Source: Pseudomonadota bacterium
GTDB taxonomy: Bacteria; Pseudomonadota; Gammaproteobacteria; JAKAQQ01
Reading direction: 5' to 3'
DNA: 64,000 nucleotides
Assembly (NCBI GenBank): GCA_027365475.1
Contig: DAHXNI010000080.1
Location: 69,490 to 133,489, forward strand
A program made the translations under genes and the position numbers. The stretch's first letter is position 1; every line of letters begins with the position of its first letter. The notes beneath the pieces were generated by a model, which was not told the DNA's origin, made no database searches, and worked only from the letters and a program-made list of their open reading frames with translations. Shown here one piece after another: positions 1 to 12,350 of this stretch.

Positions 1-149
1 GCTGCCCCGCGGGCGCCAAATACGGTTCCGGAGGCACCCGCTCCAAATCCGGCTCCTGCATCGGCTCCCTTGCCATGCTGCAACAGGATGATGACCAAAA
101 GCAGGATCGCCAGCACAAACTGAAAAGCAGTCAAGAGTATCAGTAACAT
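1..149 (-). CDS. secG: preprotein translocase subunit SecG (runs off window start)
   Basis: Manual translation MLLILLTAFQFVLAILLLVIILLQHGKGADAGAGFGAGASGTVFGARG matches the SecG motif; downstream of tpiA. Confidence 0.93.
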   Translation of the reverse strand, partial: MLLILLTAFQFVLAILLLVIILLQHGKGADAGAGFGAGASGTVFGARGA

Positions 150-217
150 AGTGAATCACAGCCCCTCAATGACGAACCCGTATCCCGCGCACCCTCACAG
201 TCACTCCGAGCCATCCC

Positions 218-1006
218 TCAAACCAGCGCACGACAGAGCGCGACCATCGAATCCGCTTCGACTGATGCTCCGCCCACCAAGAACCCATCCACCCCTTCCA
301 GAGTGCCGAGTGCAGCCGCGTTTCCCGCGCCCACACTGCCCCCGTAAAACAGGCGAAACTGGTTGCGCATTGTAGCATCAGACGAAGCCACATGTGCGCG
401 GATGAAAGCTGCGACCGCGAGAATGTTCCCCGCTTCAGCCGGGATTCCGGTCCCGATAGACCAAATTGGCTCATAGGCGATCCAAAGGGTGCTCACGGGT
501 TCCCCGTGCAGGGCTCCTAGGCACTCCAGTTGCCGCGCAAGCACAGGCTCCGTCTGCCCGGCACGTTTCTCCTCGGCCGTCTCCCCAATGCAGACGATCG
601 GGATGAGTCCAGCCTGTGCCGACTGCTCGACTTTAGCGGCCACCATTTGATCAGTCTCCCCGAAGAGCCGGCGGCGTTCGGAGTGACCGACCAGTGCATA
701 ACGCGCACCCGCTTCGAAAGCCATGGCAGCCGAAATCTCACCCGTGAAGGACCCCTCCGACTGGGCAGATACATTTTGGACCCCGAGAGCGAGCCTTTCG
801 CCCTGCACATACCCGCGAGCCCGTTCAAGCCAGATCGCAGGTGGACACAAAATGACCTGCATCTGCCCCGAGCGGATCTCCTCGAGGGTTTGAACAGCTT
901 GCACCCAGCGTTCGACATGAGACCCGCTACCGTGGAGTTTCCAGTTGGCGATGAGGATCTTGCGTGGATGGACCGCAGAGGATAAAGAGTTCTGGTTGAT
1001 GCTCAC
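218..1006 (-). CDS. tpiA: triosephosphate isomerase
   Basis: ANWK, GHSERR, AYEPIWSIGTG, YGGSV and LVGGAS motifs; GTG start overlaps the glmM stop. Confidence 0.96.
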   Translation of the reverse strand: MSINQNSLSSAVHPRKILIANWKLHGSGSHVERWVQAVQTLEEIRSGQMQVILCPPAIWLERARGYVQGERLALGVQNVSAQSEGSFTGEISAAMAFEAGARYALVGHSERRRLFGETDQMVAAKVEQSAQAGLIPIVCIGETAEEKRAGQTEPVLARQLECLGALHGEPVSTLWIAYEPIWSIGTGIPAEAGNILAVAAFIRAHVASSDATMRNQFRLFYGGSVGAGNAAALGTLEGVDGFLVGGASVEADSMVALCRALV

Positions 1007-2367
1007 CGTGAGGCATCCCGCAGTTGTGTCAGCCTTGCAACGAGCTGTGCAGTCGCCTGCTCCAGGCTTCCGGTCTGGCCGCCCTCGACCGTCACGCGGA
1101 GAAGCGGTTCCGTACCCGAGGGGCGGATCAGAATCCGGGCGGGAGTACCGAGGAGAAACTTGGCCGTCTTGAGGTCCTGCTCCATCGCCTCGGCGTTCGG
1201 CAGTGCGCATTCCCGCGGCCAGGAGACATTGACCGTCTGCTGCGGATAACGGTGCAAGCCTTGCACCAGACTGGACAAGGGACGGGCCTGACGCCAGCTT
1301 GCGCGGATGACCTGGAGCGCCGAGATTATCCCGTCGCCCGTGGGCGACAAATCCAGATTGATGAGATGCCCCGAACTCTCACCACCCAGAACCCCTCCTT
1401 CGGCTTCGAGGCAGGCCAGGACGTGCCGATCCCCGACTGGGGCACGGCAAAATGCAATCTGGCGTTCGCGGAGCGTTTCCTCAAGTCCCAAGTTCGTCAT
1501 GACCGTTCCTACGACGGGTCCCGTCAGGCGATTTTCCTCCAACCGGTCACAGGCAAGAATATAGAGCAGAGCGTCGCCGTCTACGACCTGACCCTCGGCA
1601 TCGACGAGGATCACCCGATCTCCATCGCCATCAAACGCCACACCGAGATCCGCATGGTGGGCCCGAACCGCCTGGGACAGGGCTTCCGGATGAAGCGAGC
1701 CCACCTGGTCATTGATGTTGAGCCCGTTGGGATCCACGCCGATGGGAATGACGCGCGCACCCAGTCGCTCAAAAAGGGCGGGCGCGAGCCGGTAGGTCGC
1801 GCCATGGGCACAGTCCACACAAATCGTCCAGCCTGAAAGATTCATGTCGGGGGGAACGGAAGCCAGGCAAAACTCGAGGTACCGGTCACTTGCATCATCC
1901 AATCGCCGCACCTGACCGAGTGCACTCAGGGAAACGAGTTGCAACGGTTCGCGCAGCCGATCCTCGATTTCCCGCTCGAGGGTATCCGGGAGTTTTCGTC
2001 CATCCGGGCCGAAAAACTTGATTCCATTGTCCATGTAGGGGTTATGTGATGCGCTGATCACGATACCGGCTGCCGCACCAATCGCAGTGGTGATGTATGA
2101 GACGCCGGGTGTCGGGAACGGACCCAGAAGAAAAACCGAGGCGCCCGCGGCCGAGAGGCCCGACTCGAGAGCGGACTCGAAGAGATATCCTGAGTTGCGT
2201 GTATCTTTGCCGATCACGACGCCCCGGTGGGCGTGATCCCGGCCGAGGACACGACCGGCAGCCCATCCGAGTTTCAGTACCCACTCAGGTGTCATCGGAG
2301 GCCGTCCGACCTCGCCCCGAATGCCATCGGTGCCAAAAATCCCGCGCCGATCCGATCCTGGTGTCAT
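1003..2367 (-). CDS. glmM: phosphoglucosamine mutase
   Basis: FGTDGIRG, ISASHNP, FDGDGDR, GGESSGH, RPSGTEP. Confidence 0.97.
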   Translation of the reverse strand: MTPGSDRRGIFGTDGIRGEVGRPPMTPEWVLKLGWAAGRVLGRDHAHRGVVIGKDTRNSGYLFESALESGLSAAGASVFLLGPFPTPGVSYITTAIGAAAGIVISASHNPYMDNGIKFFGPDGRKLPDTLEREIEDRLREPLQLVSLSALGQVRRLDDASDRYLEFCLASVPPDMNLSGWTICVDCAHGATYRLAPALFERLGARVIPIGVDPNGLNINDQVGSLHPEALSQAVRAHHADLGVAFDGDGDRVILVDAEGQVVDGDALLYILACDRLEENRLTGPVVGTVMTNLGLEETLRERQIAFCRAPVGDRHVLACLEAEGGVLGGESSGHLINLDLSPTGDGIISALQVIRASWRQARPLSSLVQGLHRYPQQTVNVSWPRECALPNAEAMEQDLKTAKFLLGTPARILIRPSGTEPLLRVTVEGGQTGSLEQATAQLVARLTQLRDASR

Positions 2368-2407
2368 CTCGAGCCCCCAGCCGGGTAATTCCGCTCCCAC
2401 CGGTCGT

Positions 2408-3247
2408 TCAGGCTGCGGCCGGGGACGCACCACGTGCGGCCTCCCAGATCCGGATCACGTCCCGGGTTTCAGCAGCATCGTGTGTGCGGATGAGACGCGC
2501 TCCGGATGCGAGTGCGAGACATGCCGCAGCCAGACTGCCGGCGAGACGTTCATTGGGAGGGCGCCCGGTCAGCGCGCCGATCATGGACTTGCGCGACAGT
2601 CCGACCATCAGGGGGTATCCGAGACGGGAAAAATGCTCGAGACCCCCGAGGAGCGCCAGATTGTGCAGTTGGGTCTTTCCGAATCCAAAACCGGGGTCGA
2701 TGGCAATGTCTGCGCGCGTGACACCGGCAACCTGGGCTGCCTCTGCGCGATCCATGAGGTAGCGCGCCACGTCCCCCAGAACATCGTCGTAAACCGGTTG
2801 GATCTGCATCGTTCCGGGTTCACCCCGCATGTGCATGAGACAGATTGAAACCTTGAGACGGGCCACTGTCGCGAGCGCGCCGGGATACCTGAATCCCCTC
2901 ACATCGTTGATGACCCGGGCACCTGCCTCATGGGCAGCCTGCATGATCTCGGGCTGGCTGGTGTCGATCGCGATGGGTACGGGAAGCACCCGGGCGATGC
3001 ACTCGACCACCGGGATGACCCGCCGCCGTTCCTCCTCAAGTGGAACAGCCTGCGCGCCCGGCCGGGTTGATTCACCACCGATCTCGATGAGATCAGCCCC
3101 TTCTCCGGCGAGTTGCATGGCTTGCTCCAAGGCCCGACTGGTATCGACATAGCGACCCCCATCGTAAAAGGAGTCGGGCGTCACATTGAGCACCCCCACA
3201 ATCCGGGGGTGTACGAGATCGAGGCCCGCCCAGAACAAGCCGCGCAC
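2408..3247 (-). CDS. folP: dihydropteroate synthase
   Basis: GVLNVTPDSFYDGG, GGESTRPG, DPGFGFGK, GLSRKS; start approximate. Confidence 0.96.
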   Translation of the reverse strand: MRGLFWAGLDLVHPRIVGVLNVTPDSFYDGGRYVDTSRALEQAMQLAGEGADLIEIGGESTRPGAQAVPLEEERRRVIPVVECIARVLPVPIAIDTSQPEIMQAAHEAGARVINDVRGFRYPGALATVARLKVSICLMHMRGEPGTMQIQPVYDDVLGDVARYLMDRAEAAQVAGVTRADIAIDPGFGFGKTQLHNLALLGGLEHFSRLGYPLMVGLSRKSMIGALTGRPPNERLAGSLAAACLALASGARLIRTHDAAETRDVIRIWEAARGASPAAA

Positions 3248-3252
3248 CGGGC

Positions 3253-5190
3253 TCAGTGCTGGCTCGCGGGACCCCCGATGGTCCCTTCCTTGGCATTGCC
3301 GCCTGAAGCAACGGGCACCGCAGTAGCGGGAATGCCACTGCTGCCGGAATCGTTCCAACCCGCCGGGGGACGGGGCGTTTTGCCTGCAAAAATGTCCTGG
3401 ATCTGTTCGAGATCAATGGTCTCATAACGGACGAGGGCATCCGCCATGAGATCAAGGTGAGCTCTGTGGGCCGTGAGAATCGCCTGCGCCTGTGCATAGT
3501 TGCGGTTGATGATGTTGCGCACTTCCTCGTCGATGATGTGGTTGGTCTCATCCGAAACCTGTTTGTGGCGCGATACGGAATGACCCAGGAAGACTTCGCC
3601 TTCCTCCTCGCTGTACGCCTGCGGACCGAGCCGGTCCGACAGACCCCACTTGGTGACCATGTTGCGGGCGATTTCAGTAGCCCGCTCAATATCATTCGAG
3701 GCGCCAGTTGTGACTTGATCCGGGCCGAAGACGAGTTCCTCGGCCACCCGGCCACCAAAGAGGCTGCAGATCTGGCTGTCCAGCCGCTGTTTACTGTAGC
3801 TATACCGATCCGCCTCCGGCAGGAACATGGTGACTCCAAGTGTTCGCCCACGCGGGATAATGCTCACCTTGTACACAGGATCGTGATCGGGAACGTTGAG
3901 CCCAACGATCGCATGACCCGCTTCATGGTAGGCCGTGAGCAGTTTTTCCTTGTCGCTCATCACCATCGAACGACGCTCGACACCCATCAGAATCTTGTCT
4001 TTCGCCTTTTCGAAATCCGTCATGGCCACGGCCCGCGAGTTCTTCCGTGCCGCAATCAGGGCGGCCTCGTTGACGAGGTTCATAAGATCGGCACCGGAAA
4101 ATCCAGGCGTTCCGCGGGCAATGATCTCAGGACGGACGTCGTCTCCGATCGGCAGTCGGCGCATGTGAACCCGCACGATCTGTTCGCGGCCGCGGACATC
4201 CGGCAAGGGAACGATGACCTGCCGGTCGAACCGTCCAGGCCGCAATAGTGCGGGATCGAGTACGTCAGGACGGTTGGTGGCTGCGATCACGATCACTCCT
4301 TCGTTCCCGGAGAAACCGTCCATCTCCACCAGAAGCTGGTTGAGTGTCTGCTCGCGCTCGTCATGCCCACCGCCCAATCCAGCACCCCGGTGGCGACCCA
4401 CCGCATCGATTTCATCAATGAAGACGATGCAGGGAGCATGTTTTTTGGCCTGCTCGAACATATCGCGGACCCGTGAGGCCCCAACTCCGACGAACATCTC
4501 GACAAAATCCGACCCTGAAATGCTGAAAAACGGCACCTTGGCCTCGCCCGCGATCGCCTTGGCAAGGAGTGTCTTGCCAGTTCCGGGCGATCCGACCAGG
4601 AGCACACCTCGCGGAATGCGTCCGCCCAGACGCTGGAACTTCCCTGGATCTTTCAGGAATTCGACAATTTCCATGACCTCTTCCTTGGCCTCGTCGACTC
4701 CCGCCACATCCGCGAAAGTGATCCGGACCTGATCTTCGGTCATGAGTTTGGCGCGGCTTTTGCCAAACGAGAGTGCACCACGCCCTCCCCCACCCTGCAT
4801 CATGCTGCGCATGAGCCACCACCACAGCCCGATCAGCAGCACAAAGGGCAGGACATTTTCGAGCAAACTCATGAAAAAGGATGGCTCAGGCGGAGGTTTG
4901 GCAACGATCCGAACGTGATCACGTTCCAGCCGATCCAAAAGCGCGGTATTGTTGGTTTCGGGGTTGTAGGTGGCGAAACGCGTTCCCGAACTCAACTGGC
5001 CAGTTACCTTGTTCTGCTGGAGGGTCACACCCGTGACGTCATGGCTCTTGACATCACGGACAAACTGGGAAAATGTGATCGATTGGGCTCGCTCGGGGCT
5101 TTGTCCGAAATGCATGACAAAGAAAAAGATGGCCGCGATGACCAATCCCCAAAGCAATGCGGTTTTCAGCTGCTCATTCACCGGTATCAA
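3253..5190 (-). CDS. ftsH: ATP-dependent zinc metalloprotease FtsH
   Basis: Two TM segments, [27 protein letters not shown]. Confidence 0.98.
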   Translation of the reverse strand: MIPVNEQLKTALLWGLVIAAIFFFVMHFGQSPERAQSITFSQFVRDVKSHDVTGVTLQQNKVTGQLSSGTRFATYNPETNNTALLDRLERDHVRIVAKPPPEPSFFMSLLENVLPFVLLIGLWWWLMRSMMQGGGGRGALSFGKSRAKLMTEDQVRITFADVAGVDEAKEEVMEIVEFLKDPGKFQRLGGRIPRGVLLVGSPGTGKTLLAKAIAGEAKVPFFSISGSDFVEMFVGVGASRVRDMFEQAKKHAPCIVFIDEIDAVGRHRGAGLGGGHDEREQTLNQLLVEMDGFSGNEGVIVIAATNRPDVLDPALLRPGRFDRQVIVPLPDVRGREQIVRVHMRRLPIGDDVRPEIIARGTPGFSGADLMNLVNEAALIAARKNSRAVAMTDFEKAKDKILMGVERRSMVMSDKEKLLTAYHEAGHAIVGLNVPDHDPVYKVSIIPRGRTLGVTMFLPEADRYSYSKQRLDSQICSLFGGRVAEELVFGPDQVTTGASNDIERATEIARNMVTKWGLSDRLGPQAYSEEEGEVFLGHSVSRHKQVSDETNHIIDEEVRNIINRNYAQAQAILTAHRAHLDLMADALVRYETIDLEQIQDIFAGKTPRPPAGWNDSGSSGIPATAVPVASGGNAKEGTIGGPASQH

Positions 5191-5256
5191 CCCTCCGCGT
5201 CTTCGCCGCTGATCGGCAGCACCCGGCCCATCATGACGGTTTGAGACCCATCTAGC

Positions 5257-5883
5257 CTACACCATGCGCCGATTACGCGCCAAAAAATAAAGCTCTGCAC
5301 TCCGTGCTCGGGAGGCACGGGGTTTCAAAAGCTTGACTCGGGCAAAGTCGCGCGCAAGCGCGGCCCGCATCACCGGGAACTCCGACCCCTGGAAAAACTT
5401 GAAGAGGAAGGCCCCTCCTGGCGCAAGCCAGTCCCGCGCCAACTCCAGTGCACACATCCCGAGTTCGAGCATCTTCGCCTGATCAACCGACGGATCTCCT
5501 GTGATGTTGGGGGCCATATCGGATAAAACAAGTCCAACTCCGCCCGGTGCAATTCCCAACGTTTGAAGCCTGTTCTCGACGACCGCGGTCTCGCGGAGGT
5601 CACATTCGAGGATATCCACTCCCTCAAGCCCAGCCAGGGGCAGCCGATCGATCGCAACCACGCGCCCGGCCGTACCGACCGCCCGGCGTGCATACTGGCT
5701 CCAACCGCCGGGAGCCGCTCCGAGGTCGAGGACGACCTGCCCCGTTTTGAAAAGATGCTCCCGCTCGTCCAGTTCGACCAGTTTGTAGCTCGCCCGCGTG
5801 CGGTATCCTTCCTGCCTGGCTTGGCGGACATAGGGATCACGCAGGTGCTCGACCATCCAGCGCCGGTCGCGCCGGATGGTCAT
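5257..5883 (-). CDS. rlmE: 23S rRNA Um2552 methyltransferase
   Basis: DPYV..A...GYR.RASYKL, DLGAAPGGWSQ, SDMAPN, KPRASR; upstream of ftsH. Confidence 0.95.
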   Translation of the reverse strand: MTIRRDRRWMVEHLRDPYVRQARQEGYRTRASYKLVELDEREHLFKTGQVVLDLGAAPGGWSQYARRAVGTAGRVVAIDRLPLAGLEGVDILECDLRETAVVENRLQTLGIAPGGVGLVLSDMAPNITGDPSVDQAKMLELGMCALELARDWLAPGGAFLFKFFQGSEFPVMRAALARDFARVKLLKPRASRARSAELYFLARNRRMV

Positions 5884-6335
5884 GACACGCAGGTGAGCGT
5901 GGACAGGCCCCAGATTTCGAGCGCCATGATCGCGGTCACCGAGATCACGGACAACGCATGCATCAGGAAGAACCCCATTCCCAACTCGTGCCGGCCACGC
6001 GCGAGTACTGCGGTCAGCGGGACCATGCCGATCACCCAAATCCCGGCCAGGATCGCATCCAGACCGAGGACGCCCGCGATCGGGACCGAGCGTCCCTTGA
6101 GGATGTGACCCCACAATGGAGACGCGAAGCTGAGGAGCAGGCAAGCCAGGACGAGCCACAGGAACCCGCTCCATCCGAGCACCTCGAAGGTCGGCTGGAG
6201 GACCTGCCGCAACAGTGGACCGACCGGAAACCGGCTGATCCAGACTGGCGCGAGGATCACTATCGATCCGTACGATCCGAGAGAGAGCGCTAATGCGATA
6301 CCGGCCAGTGCCCGGACGGGCACCCTCCTATTCAT
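5880..6335 (-). CDS. small integral membrane protein (possibly DUF4149-like)
   Basis: About four hydrophobic segments; overlaps greA and rlmE. Confidence 0.6.
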   Translation of the reverse strand: MNRRVPVRALAGIALALSLGSYGSIVILAPVWISRFPVGPLLRQVLQPTFEVLGWSGFLWLVLACLLLSFASPLWGHILKGRSVPIAGVLGLDAILAGIWVIGMVPLTAVLARGRHELGMGFFLMHALSVISVTAIMALEIWGLSTLTCVS

Positions 6336-6819
6336 AGAGTACATTCTGGATTTCGAGATGGAGCACGCCGCCTGGAACCTGGACTTCCACCTCATCGCCC
6401 ACCTGACGACCGATCAGGGCACGCGCGAGAGGCGAGGTATTCGAAATGCGCGACTGACGGAGATCGGCCTCATCGGCACCCACGATCTCGTAGCGCACCG
6501 TCGTACCCTGGTCGACATCCAAGACGATCACGGTCGAACCGAACACGACCCGCCCCTCCGGATGGAGATCCGCCAAATCGATCACATCGGCGTTCGCAAG
6601 CCTGTCCTCGATCTCGCGGATCCGTCCCTCCACGAAGCTTTGCTGCTCGCGTGCCGCATGATACTCGGCATTCTCACGCAGATCCCCATGCGCCCTGGCC
6701 TCTGCAATCGCCTGGATGATCTTCGGACGCTCCACGCTCTTGAGCGTGCGCAACTCTTCGCGCAATCGCTCCGCGCCACGGCGTGTCATCGGGTATCTTG
6801 TTTTCACGGTCTCGTTCAA
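6328..6819 (-). CDS. greA: transcription elongation factor GreA
   Basis: [29 protein letters not shown]. Confidence 0.97.
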   Translation of the reverse strand: MNETVKTRYPMTRRGAERLREELRTLKSVERPKIIQAIAEARAHGDLRENAEYHAAREQQSFVEGRIREIEDRLANADVIDLADLHPEGRVVFGSTVIVLDVDQGTTVRYEIVGADEADLRQSRISNTSPLARALIGRQVGDEVEVQVPGGVLHLEIQNVLYE

Positions 6820-9800
6820 TTGCCCTTGCCTCCACTGAGCCAGTCCCGGATCGGGTGCACTTTGAAATCTTGGGTGTGGCCCCAGGCCGTCAACATGGCG
6901 CGGGCCGCCTCGACGCTCGTATAGTACGTGATCTTCTGGTGAATTGCCTCGCGCCGGATTGAGCGGGATTCGAGGATCGCTTCCCGTCCCTGAGTGGTAT
7001 TCACGATGAGCGCGATCTCCCGGTTGATGATGAGGTCCACGACATGGGGACGGCCTTCCCGGACCTTATTGACCATCGCACAATCAAGGCCAGCGGACCG
7101 GAGCGCCTCGGCCGTATGCCGCGTGGCAACCAGCCTGAAGCCACGATCCACCAACCCGCGGGCCAAAATGATGGCCTGGGGCTTATCGGCATCGCGTACC
7201 GAGATCAGCGCCACGCCCGAAAAAGGCAGCATCACGCCCGTCGCAAGTTGCGCTTTGGCATAGGCTTCTGCAAAACTTTCCCCATAACCCATGACCTCGC
7301 CCGTGGATTTCATCTCCGGACCTAAAATCGGATCGGCGCCCTGAAACTTGATGAAAGGGAAAACCGGCATCTTCACGGCATAGTGCCGGGGCGTCGCGCA
7401 TTCGCGATATCCCTGCTGCGCAAGACTCACCCCGGCCATCACTCGCGCCGCAATTTTGGCCAACGGCCGCCCCGTCGCCTTCGAGACAAACGGCACGGTG
7501 CGGGAGGCGCGGGGGTTCACCTCGATCAGATAAACCTCGTCATCTTGAATCGCAAACTGGACGTTCATGAGACCGCGCACACCGAGCCGTTCGGCCAGGA
7601 GGGTCACCTGCTTTTCGAGCGTTTTCTGCAGATCGGGTACAAGTTCATTGGGCGGCAGCGAACAGGCTGAATCGCCGGAATGCACCCCCGCCTGTTCGAC
7701 ATGTTCCATGATGCCACCGATGAGCACCCGCTCGCCGTCAGCCACGATATCGACATCGACCTCGGTTGCGTGATCGAGATACCGGTCGAGGAGAACAGGC
7801 ATGGCCTGTGGAACCCTTTCCGCCCGCACCATGTACTCCTCCAGTTCGGCCGGTTTGAAAATCACCTCCATGGCGCGCCCTCCGAGGACATAGGAGGGTC
7901 GTGCGAGCAGCGGGAATCCAAGGGATTCCGCTGCAACCCGGGCTTCCTGGGCACTGCGCACTGTCCGGTTCGGGGGCTGGGTCAGACCGAGCTCGGCCAC
8001 GAGTCCCTGAAAGCGTTCGCGGTCTTCCGAGAGATCAATCGAGTCAGCCGGGGTGCCAAGCAGGGGCGCACCCGCAAGGGCCAGAGGAACCGCCAGTTTG
8101 AGGGGTGTCTGCCCGCCATACTGCACGATCACACCCTCCGGACGCTCAAGTTCGATAACTGCGAGCACATCCTCTAGCGTCAGGGGTTCGAAATAAAGCC
8201 GATCCGCCACATCGTAGTCGGTCGAGACAGTCTCGGGATTGCAGTTCACCATGATGGTCTCAAAGCCATCGGCACGGAGCGCCTGCACAGCGTGTACACA
8301 ACAGTAATCAAACTCGATCCCCTGCCCGATCCGGTTGGGCCCGCCTCCCAGGATCATGACCTTGCGCCGTGCACTCGGTCGAGCCTCGCATTCCTCCTCA
8401 TAGGTTGAATAGAGATACGCGGTCTCGGTCGGAAACTCGCCCGCACAGGAATCGACCCGTTTGTAGACCGGCTTGACCCCGGATGCGAGTCGCAGGCTGC
8501 GGATGGCGGACTCGTCCACCCGGAGCAGCGTGGCGAGCCGGCTGTCTGAGAATCCGAGCCGCTTGAGCGACCGCAGACGTGTGGGGACAAGCGCCTCAAT
8601 CCCCTCGCGCCGGAGGGTCTCTTCTTCCTCGACCAACCGCTGGATCTGGTCCAGAAACCAGGGATCGATCGCCGTCAACGCGGCAACCTCAGCAAGGCTC
8701 CAGCCGTGACGCAGGGCATCAGCTACATACCAGAGGCGCTCGGGGCCGGGGAAACGCATCTCGTTTTCGAGCCGTTCCCGATCGTCAGGTCCGACTGGTC
8801 CTGCTGGGATCCTTTCGTTCAATCCATCGAAACCGGCTTCGAGTCCTCTCAAAGCTTTCTGAAACGATTCGGCAAAACTCCGGCCGATCGCCATGACCTC
8901 TCCGACCGCACGCATCTGGGTCGTAAGCCGGTCCGAGGCTTCGGGGAATTTCTCGAAATTAAAGCGGGGAATCTTGGTGACCACATAGTCGATCGTGGGC
9001 TCAAACGAGGCGGGAGTCCGGCCACCCGTGATCTCGTTGCGCAACTCGTCCAGGGTATAACCCACGGCAAGCTTGGCCGCAACCCGGGCAATCGGAAATC
9101 CCGTCGCTTTGGACGCGAGGGCCGATGAACGCGATACCCTGGGATTCATCTCGATGACCATGATCTCCCCGCTCTTCGGATGGATCGCGAACTGCACGTT
9201 CGAGCCGCCCGTATCGACCCCCACTTTGCGGAGAACCGCGATGGCCTGGTCGCGCAATCTTTGTGCTTCCTTGTCCGTGAGTGTCAAAGCCGGTGCCACC
9301 GTCACGGAATCCCCGGTATGCACGCCCATCGGATCCACGTTCTCAATGGTGCAGACGATGATGCAGTTGTCGGCCCGGTCGCGCACCACCTCGAGCTCGA
9401 ACTCCTTCCAGCCGAGCAGGGAAGTTTCGACCAGGATCTCGCCGGTCGGGGACAGGTCCAGTCCCCGCTCGGCAATGGCGATGAACTCGGCCCGGTTATA
9501 GGCGATCCCACCCCCGGAACCGCCCAAGGTGAAAGATGGGCGGATCACGGTCGGGAATCCGATCCCAGACTGGATGGCAAGAGCCTCCTCAAACGTATGG
9601 GCAAGGGCCGAATGCGGTGTATTGAGACCGATTTCGGTCATCGCCCGCTTGAACCGTTCCCGGTCCTCAGCCACATCAATGGCCTCGCGTGAAGCGCCAA
9701 TCAGTTCGACCCCGGCCTGTTCGAGCACGCCTTCCCGCACCAGATCGAGTGCGGCATTGAGCGCGGTCTGCCCTCCCATGGTGGGCAACAGCGCATCGGG

Positions 9801-10046
9801 ACGCTCGCGTTCGATGATCTGCGCGATCGATTGCCACTGGATGGGTTCGATATAGATCTCATCCGCCATCTCGGGGTCGGTCATGATGGTCGCGGGATTC
9901 GAGTTGACGAGGATCACCCGGTAGCCCTCCTCCCTGAGGGCCTTGAGCGCCTGGGTACCGGAATAATCGAACTCCGAGGCCTGACCGATCACGATCGGTC
10001 CGGCACCGATGACCAGGATGCTCTCTAGATCTTCACGTCTCGGCAC
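6816..10046 (-). CDS. carB: carbamoyl-phosphate synthase large subunit
   Basis: [40 protein letters not shown]; GTG start at 10046. Confidence 0.98.
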   Translation of the reverse strand: MPRREDLESILVIGAGPIVIGQASEFDYSGTQALKALREEGYRVILVNSNPATIMTDPEMADEIYIEPIQWQSIAQIIERERPDALLPTMGGQTALNAALDLVREGVLEQAGVELIGASREAIDVAEDRERFKRAMTEIGLNTPHSALAHTFEEALAIQSGIGFPTVIRPSFTLGGSGGGIAYNRAEFIAIAERGLDLSPTGEILVETSLLGWKEFELEVVRDRADNCIIVCTIENVDPMGVHTGDSVTVAPALTLTDKEAQRLRDQAIAVLRKVGVDTGGSNVQFAIHPKSGEIMVIEMNPRVSRSSALASKATGFPIARVAAKLAVGYTLDELRNEITGGRTPASFEPTIDYVVTKIPRFNFEKFPEASDRLTTQMRAVGEVMAIGRSFAESFQKALRGLEAGFDGLNERIPAGPVGPDDRERLENEMRFPGPERLWYVADALRHGWSLAEVAALTAIDPWFLDQIQRLVEEEETLRREGIEALVPTRLRSLKRLGFSDSRLATLLRVDESAIRSLRLASGVKPVYKRVDSCAGEFPTETAYLYSTYEEECEARPSARRKVMILGGGPNRIGQGIEFDYCCVHAVQALRADGFETIMVNCNPETVSTDYDVADRLYFEPLTLEDVLAVIELERPEGVIVQYGGQTPLKLAVPLALAGAPLLGTPADSIDLSEDRERFQGLVAELGLTQPPNRTVRSAQEARVAAESLGFPLLARPSYVLGGRAMEVIFKPAELEEYMVRAERVPQAMPVLLDRYLDHATEVDVDIVADGERVLIGGIMEHVEQAGVHSGDSACSLPPNELVPDLQKTLEKQVTLLAERLGVRGLMNVQFAIQDDEVYLIEVNPRASRTVPFVSKATGRPLAKIAARVMAGVSLAQQGYRECATPRHYAVKMPVFPFIKFQGADPILGPEMKSTGEVMGYGESFAEAYAKAQLATGVMLPFSGVALISVRDADKPQAIILARGLVDRGFRLVATRHTAEALRSAGLDCAMVNKVREGRPHVVDLIINREIALIVNTTQGREAILESRSIRREAIHQKITYYTSVEAARAMLTAWGHTQDFKVHPIRDWLSGGKGN

Positions 10047-11226
10047 GGAATGCTCCGGAATCCATATTGCGGCTGCGCTGCGCGGTATGCGCCTGCATGA
10101 GGCGGAGAAAACGGTCGAAAAGACCGGCAGCGTCATGCGGGCCGGGGCTCGCCTCCGGATGCCCCTGAAAACCAAGTGCAGGAACATCCATCCTTTCGAT
10201 ACCCTGGAGTGACCCGTCGAAGAGCGAGCGGTGTGTGGGCACCAGGTTGGCGGGCAGATCCGTCTCATCGACCGCAAAGCCATGGTTCTGGCTCGTGATC
10301 CAGACCCGCCCGGTTGCCAGTTCCAATACGGGGTGATTCGCACCGTGGTGGCCGAATTTCATCTTGCGGGTTCGCGCACCGGATGCAAGCGCCAGCAGTT
10401 GATGTCCAAGACAGATGCCGAAAAACGGTACCCTCCGGTCCAGCCAAGCCTGGGCCTGGGCGATGGCATCCGTCATCGCCTCGGGATCGCCCGGCCCATT
10501 CGAAAAAAGGACGCCATCGGGACGAAGCGAATCGACCAGCTGTTCAACCCTGGTTGAGGCGGGAACGGTCGTGACCCGGCACCCGGTCTCCACGAGCAAT
10601 CTCAGGATGTTGCGTTTGACCCCGAAATCGTAGACCACCACATGGAGTCCATTCCCGCGGGATCGCTTGTCCAAAGCCCGTGCTTCACCCGGAAACGAGC
10701 TCCCTTCCACCCACGGGGCTTGCTCGGCCACGCTGACATTTTCCGAGAGGTCGCATCCCGCCATGGCAGGCACTCCTCGCGCCTCCCGAATGGCACGTTC
10801 GTGATCCTGGAGCGCGTCGGGTCCGGCCAGGATGCAGCCATTCTGGGCACCCCGGTCGCGCAGATGCCGGGTGAGTTTGCGGGTATCCACTTCGGCGATA
10901 GCGACGATTCCCCGGATCTCGAGAAAACGCGCGAGCGTGATCTCGGAACGCCAACTGCTGGCCACGGGACTTGCGTTCCGCATGATGAGCCCGGCGGTCG
11001 CAGGAGCCGCGCTTTCGCAGTCGGCGGCATTCGTGCCGACATTGCCGACATGCGGTGTGGTAAGCACCACAAGCTGGCCATAGTAGGAGGGGTCGGTGAG
11101 AATTTCTTGATAACCGGTGAGCGCGGTATTGAAAACCACCTCGCCCGTACGGATCCCCGCCCGGCCAATGGAGACACCCTCGAACACGGTTCCGTCTGCC
11201 AGGGCGAGGAGTGCGGGATCAGCCAT
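10033..11226 (-). CDS. carA: carbamoyl-phosphate synthase small subunit
   Basis: [43 protein letters not shown]. Confidence 0.98.
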   Translation of the reverse strand: MADPALLALADGTVFEGVSIGRAGIRTGEVVFNTALTGYQEILTDPSYYGQLVVLTTPHVGNVGTNAADCESAAPATAGLIMRNASPVASSWRSEITLARFLEIRGIVAIAEVDTRKLTRHLRDRGAQNGCILAGPDALQDHERAIREARGVPAMAGCDLSENVSVAEQAPWVEGSSFPGEARALDKRSRGNGLHVVVYDFGVKRNILRLLVETGCRVTTVPASTRVEQLVDSLRPDGVLFSNGPGDPEAMTDAIAQAQAWLDRRVPFFGICLGHQLLALASGARTRKMKFGHHGANHPVLELATGRVWITSQNHGFAVDETDLPANLVPTHRSLFDGSLQGIERMDVPALGFQGHPEASPGPHDAAGLFDRFLRLMQAHTAQRSRNMDSGAFRAET

Positions 11227-12350
11227 CAAGTATCAATAGTTGTCGTCACCAGGTCCGCGTACAGGCCAAGACAGCTGTTTGCGGGTATCGATTGAGCTTC
11301 AAGACCAAGAGGCAACTCTAGCAAGCGCTAGGGCTGCAATTTAACACACTGACCCTCCCCGCGGCTACAGCCGGTGGAGTCCGGGTGCCAATCGCAGGGG
11401 TTTTCCGGCTGCGTGCCATCAGGGCACACATACTGCATTCTCGTCACTCGCCATCGGATCGAGATTCATGCCTTCGTGGCGATTACGGCCGGCGAGTGGC
11501 CACCAACATCCATCATCTCCACTGTGGTCTCGACCGTATGGAACCCCGCCTGGCACAGCCATTCGGTGTATTCGGCGAGCGTATAGGTGCCGCCTTCCTC
11601 GGTTGCGAGCAACATATTGAGGGCAAAAAATAAGGGGAACTCCGGTCCTGTGCGCGCGTCGTTGGGTAACATGTCCACGATCACGATCCGCCCGCCTGGC
11701 CGCAACGCCGCGTGAAGCCTGCGAAACAGATCGCGCGAGGAAGCTTCGCCCTCCGAGTGCACAATGTTTCCGAGGAGAGCTAAGTCAAAGCGATCGCGGC
11801 CAAAATCCACTTCTCTAAGATTTCCCGGCAGGAACTCATAGCGGTCCCCTACCCCCTGCTGGCGCACATACTGGCGGGTCAGATCCAGCACGGCTGGGAA
11901 GCCCTGGGCGACGAACCGCGCTTCCGGATCGGCTTCGCATACCGCGATGCCCCACACGCCCGAGCCGCAGGCGACGTCAATCCCGCGCAGGCCTTTGCGA
12001 CCCGCCGTCAATCGGCGCGCCAGCGTCTGCGCCTTGTCCCGGTTCTGAATATGGAGCGAACGCACCAGTGTGGGGAAGAACTCCTCGGCCTTTTGCTGCT
12101 GATTCACCGCCATCTGAGGCCGTCCCGTGCGCACCGCATCCGCCAGTTTCCCCCACATTTCCCACAACCGGTCCGCTTCCCACATGTTGACACAGGGGGC
12201 TGACGTGCCGGGACAAGGGTCAGGCTGGATGTTGAGGGTTGAGGGGAAGAGGTCTGCCTCCGGTGTATCGTGGGTTACGCCCCATGGGGCGCCTATCCAC
12301 ACGCAGAGCGCCCGAGGGCGACTCTCTGCAGCAGTCAGAGGAGGCAGACC

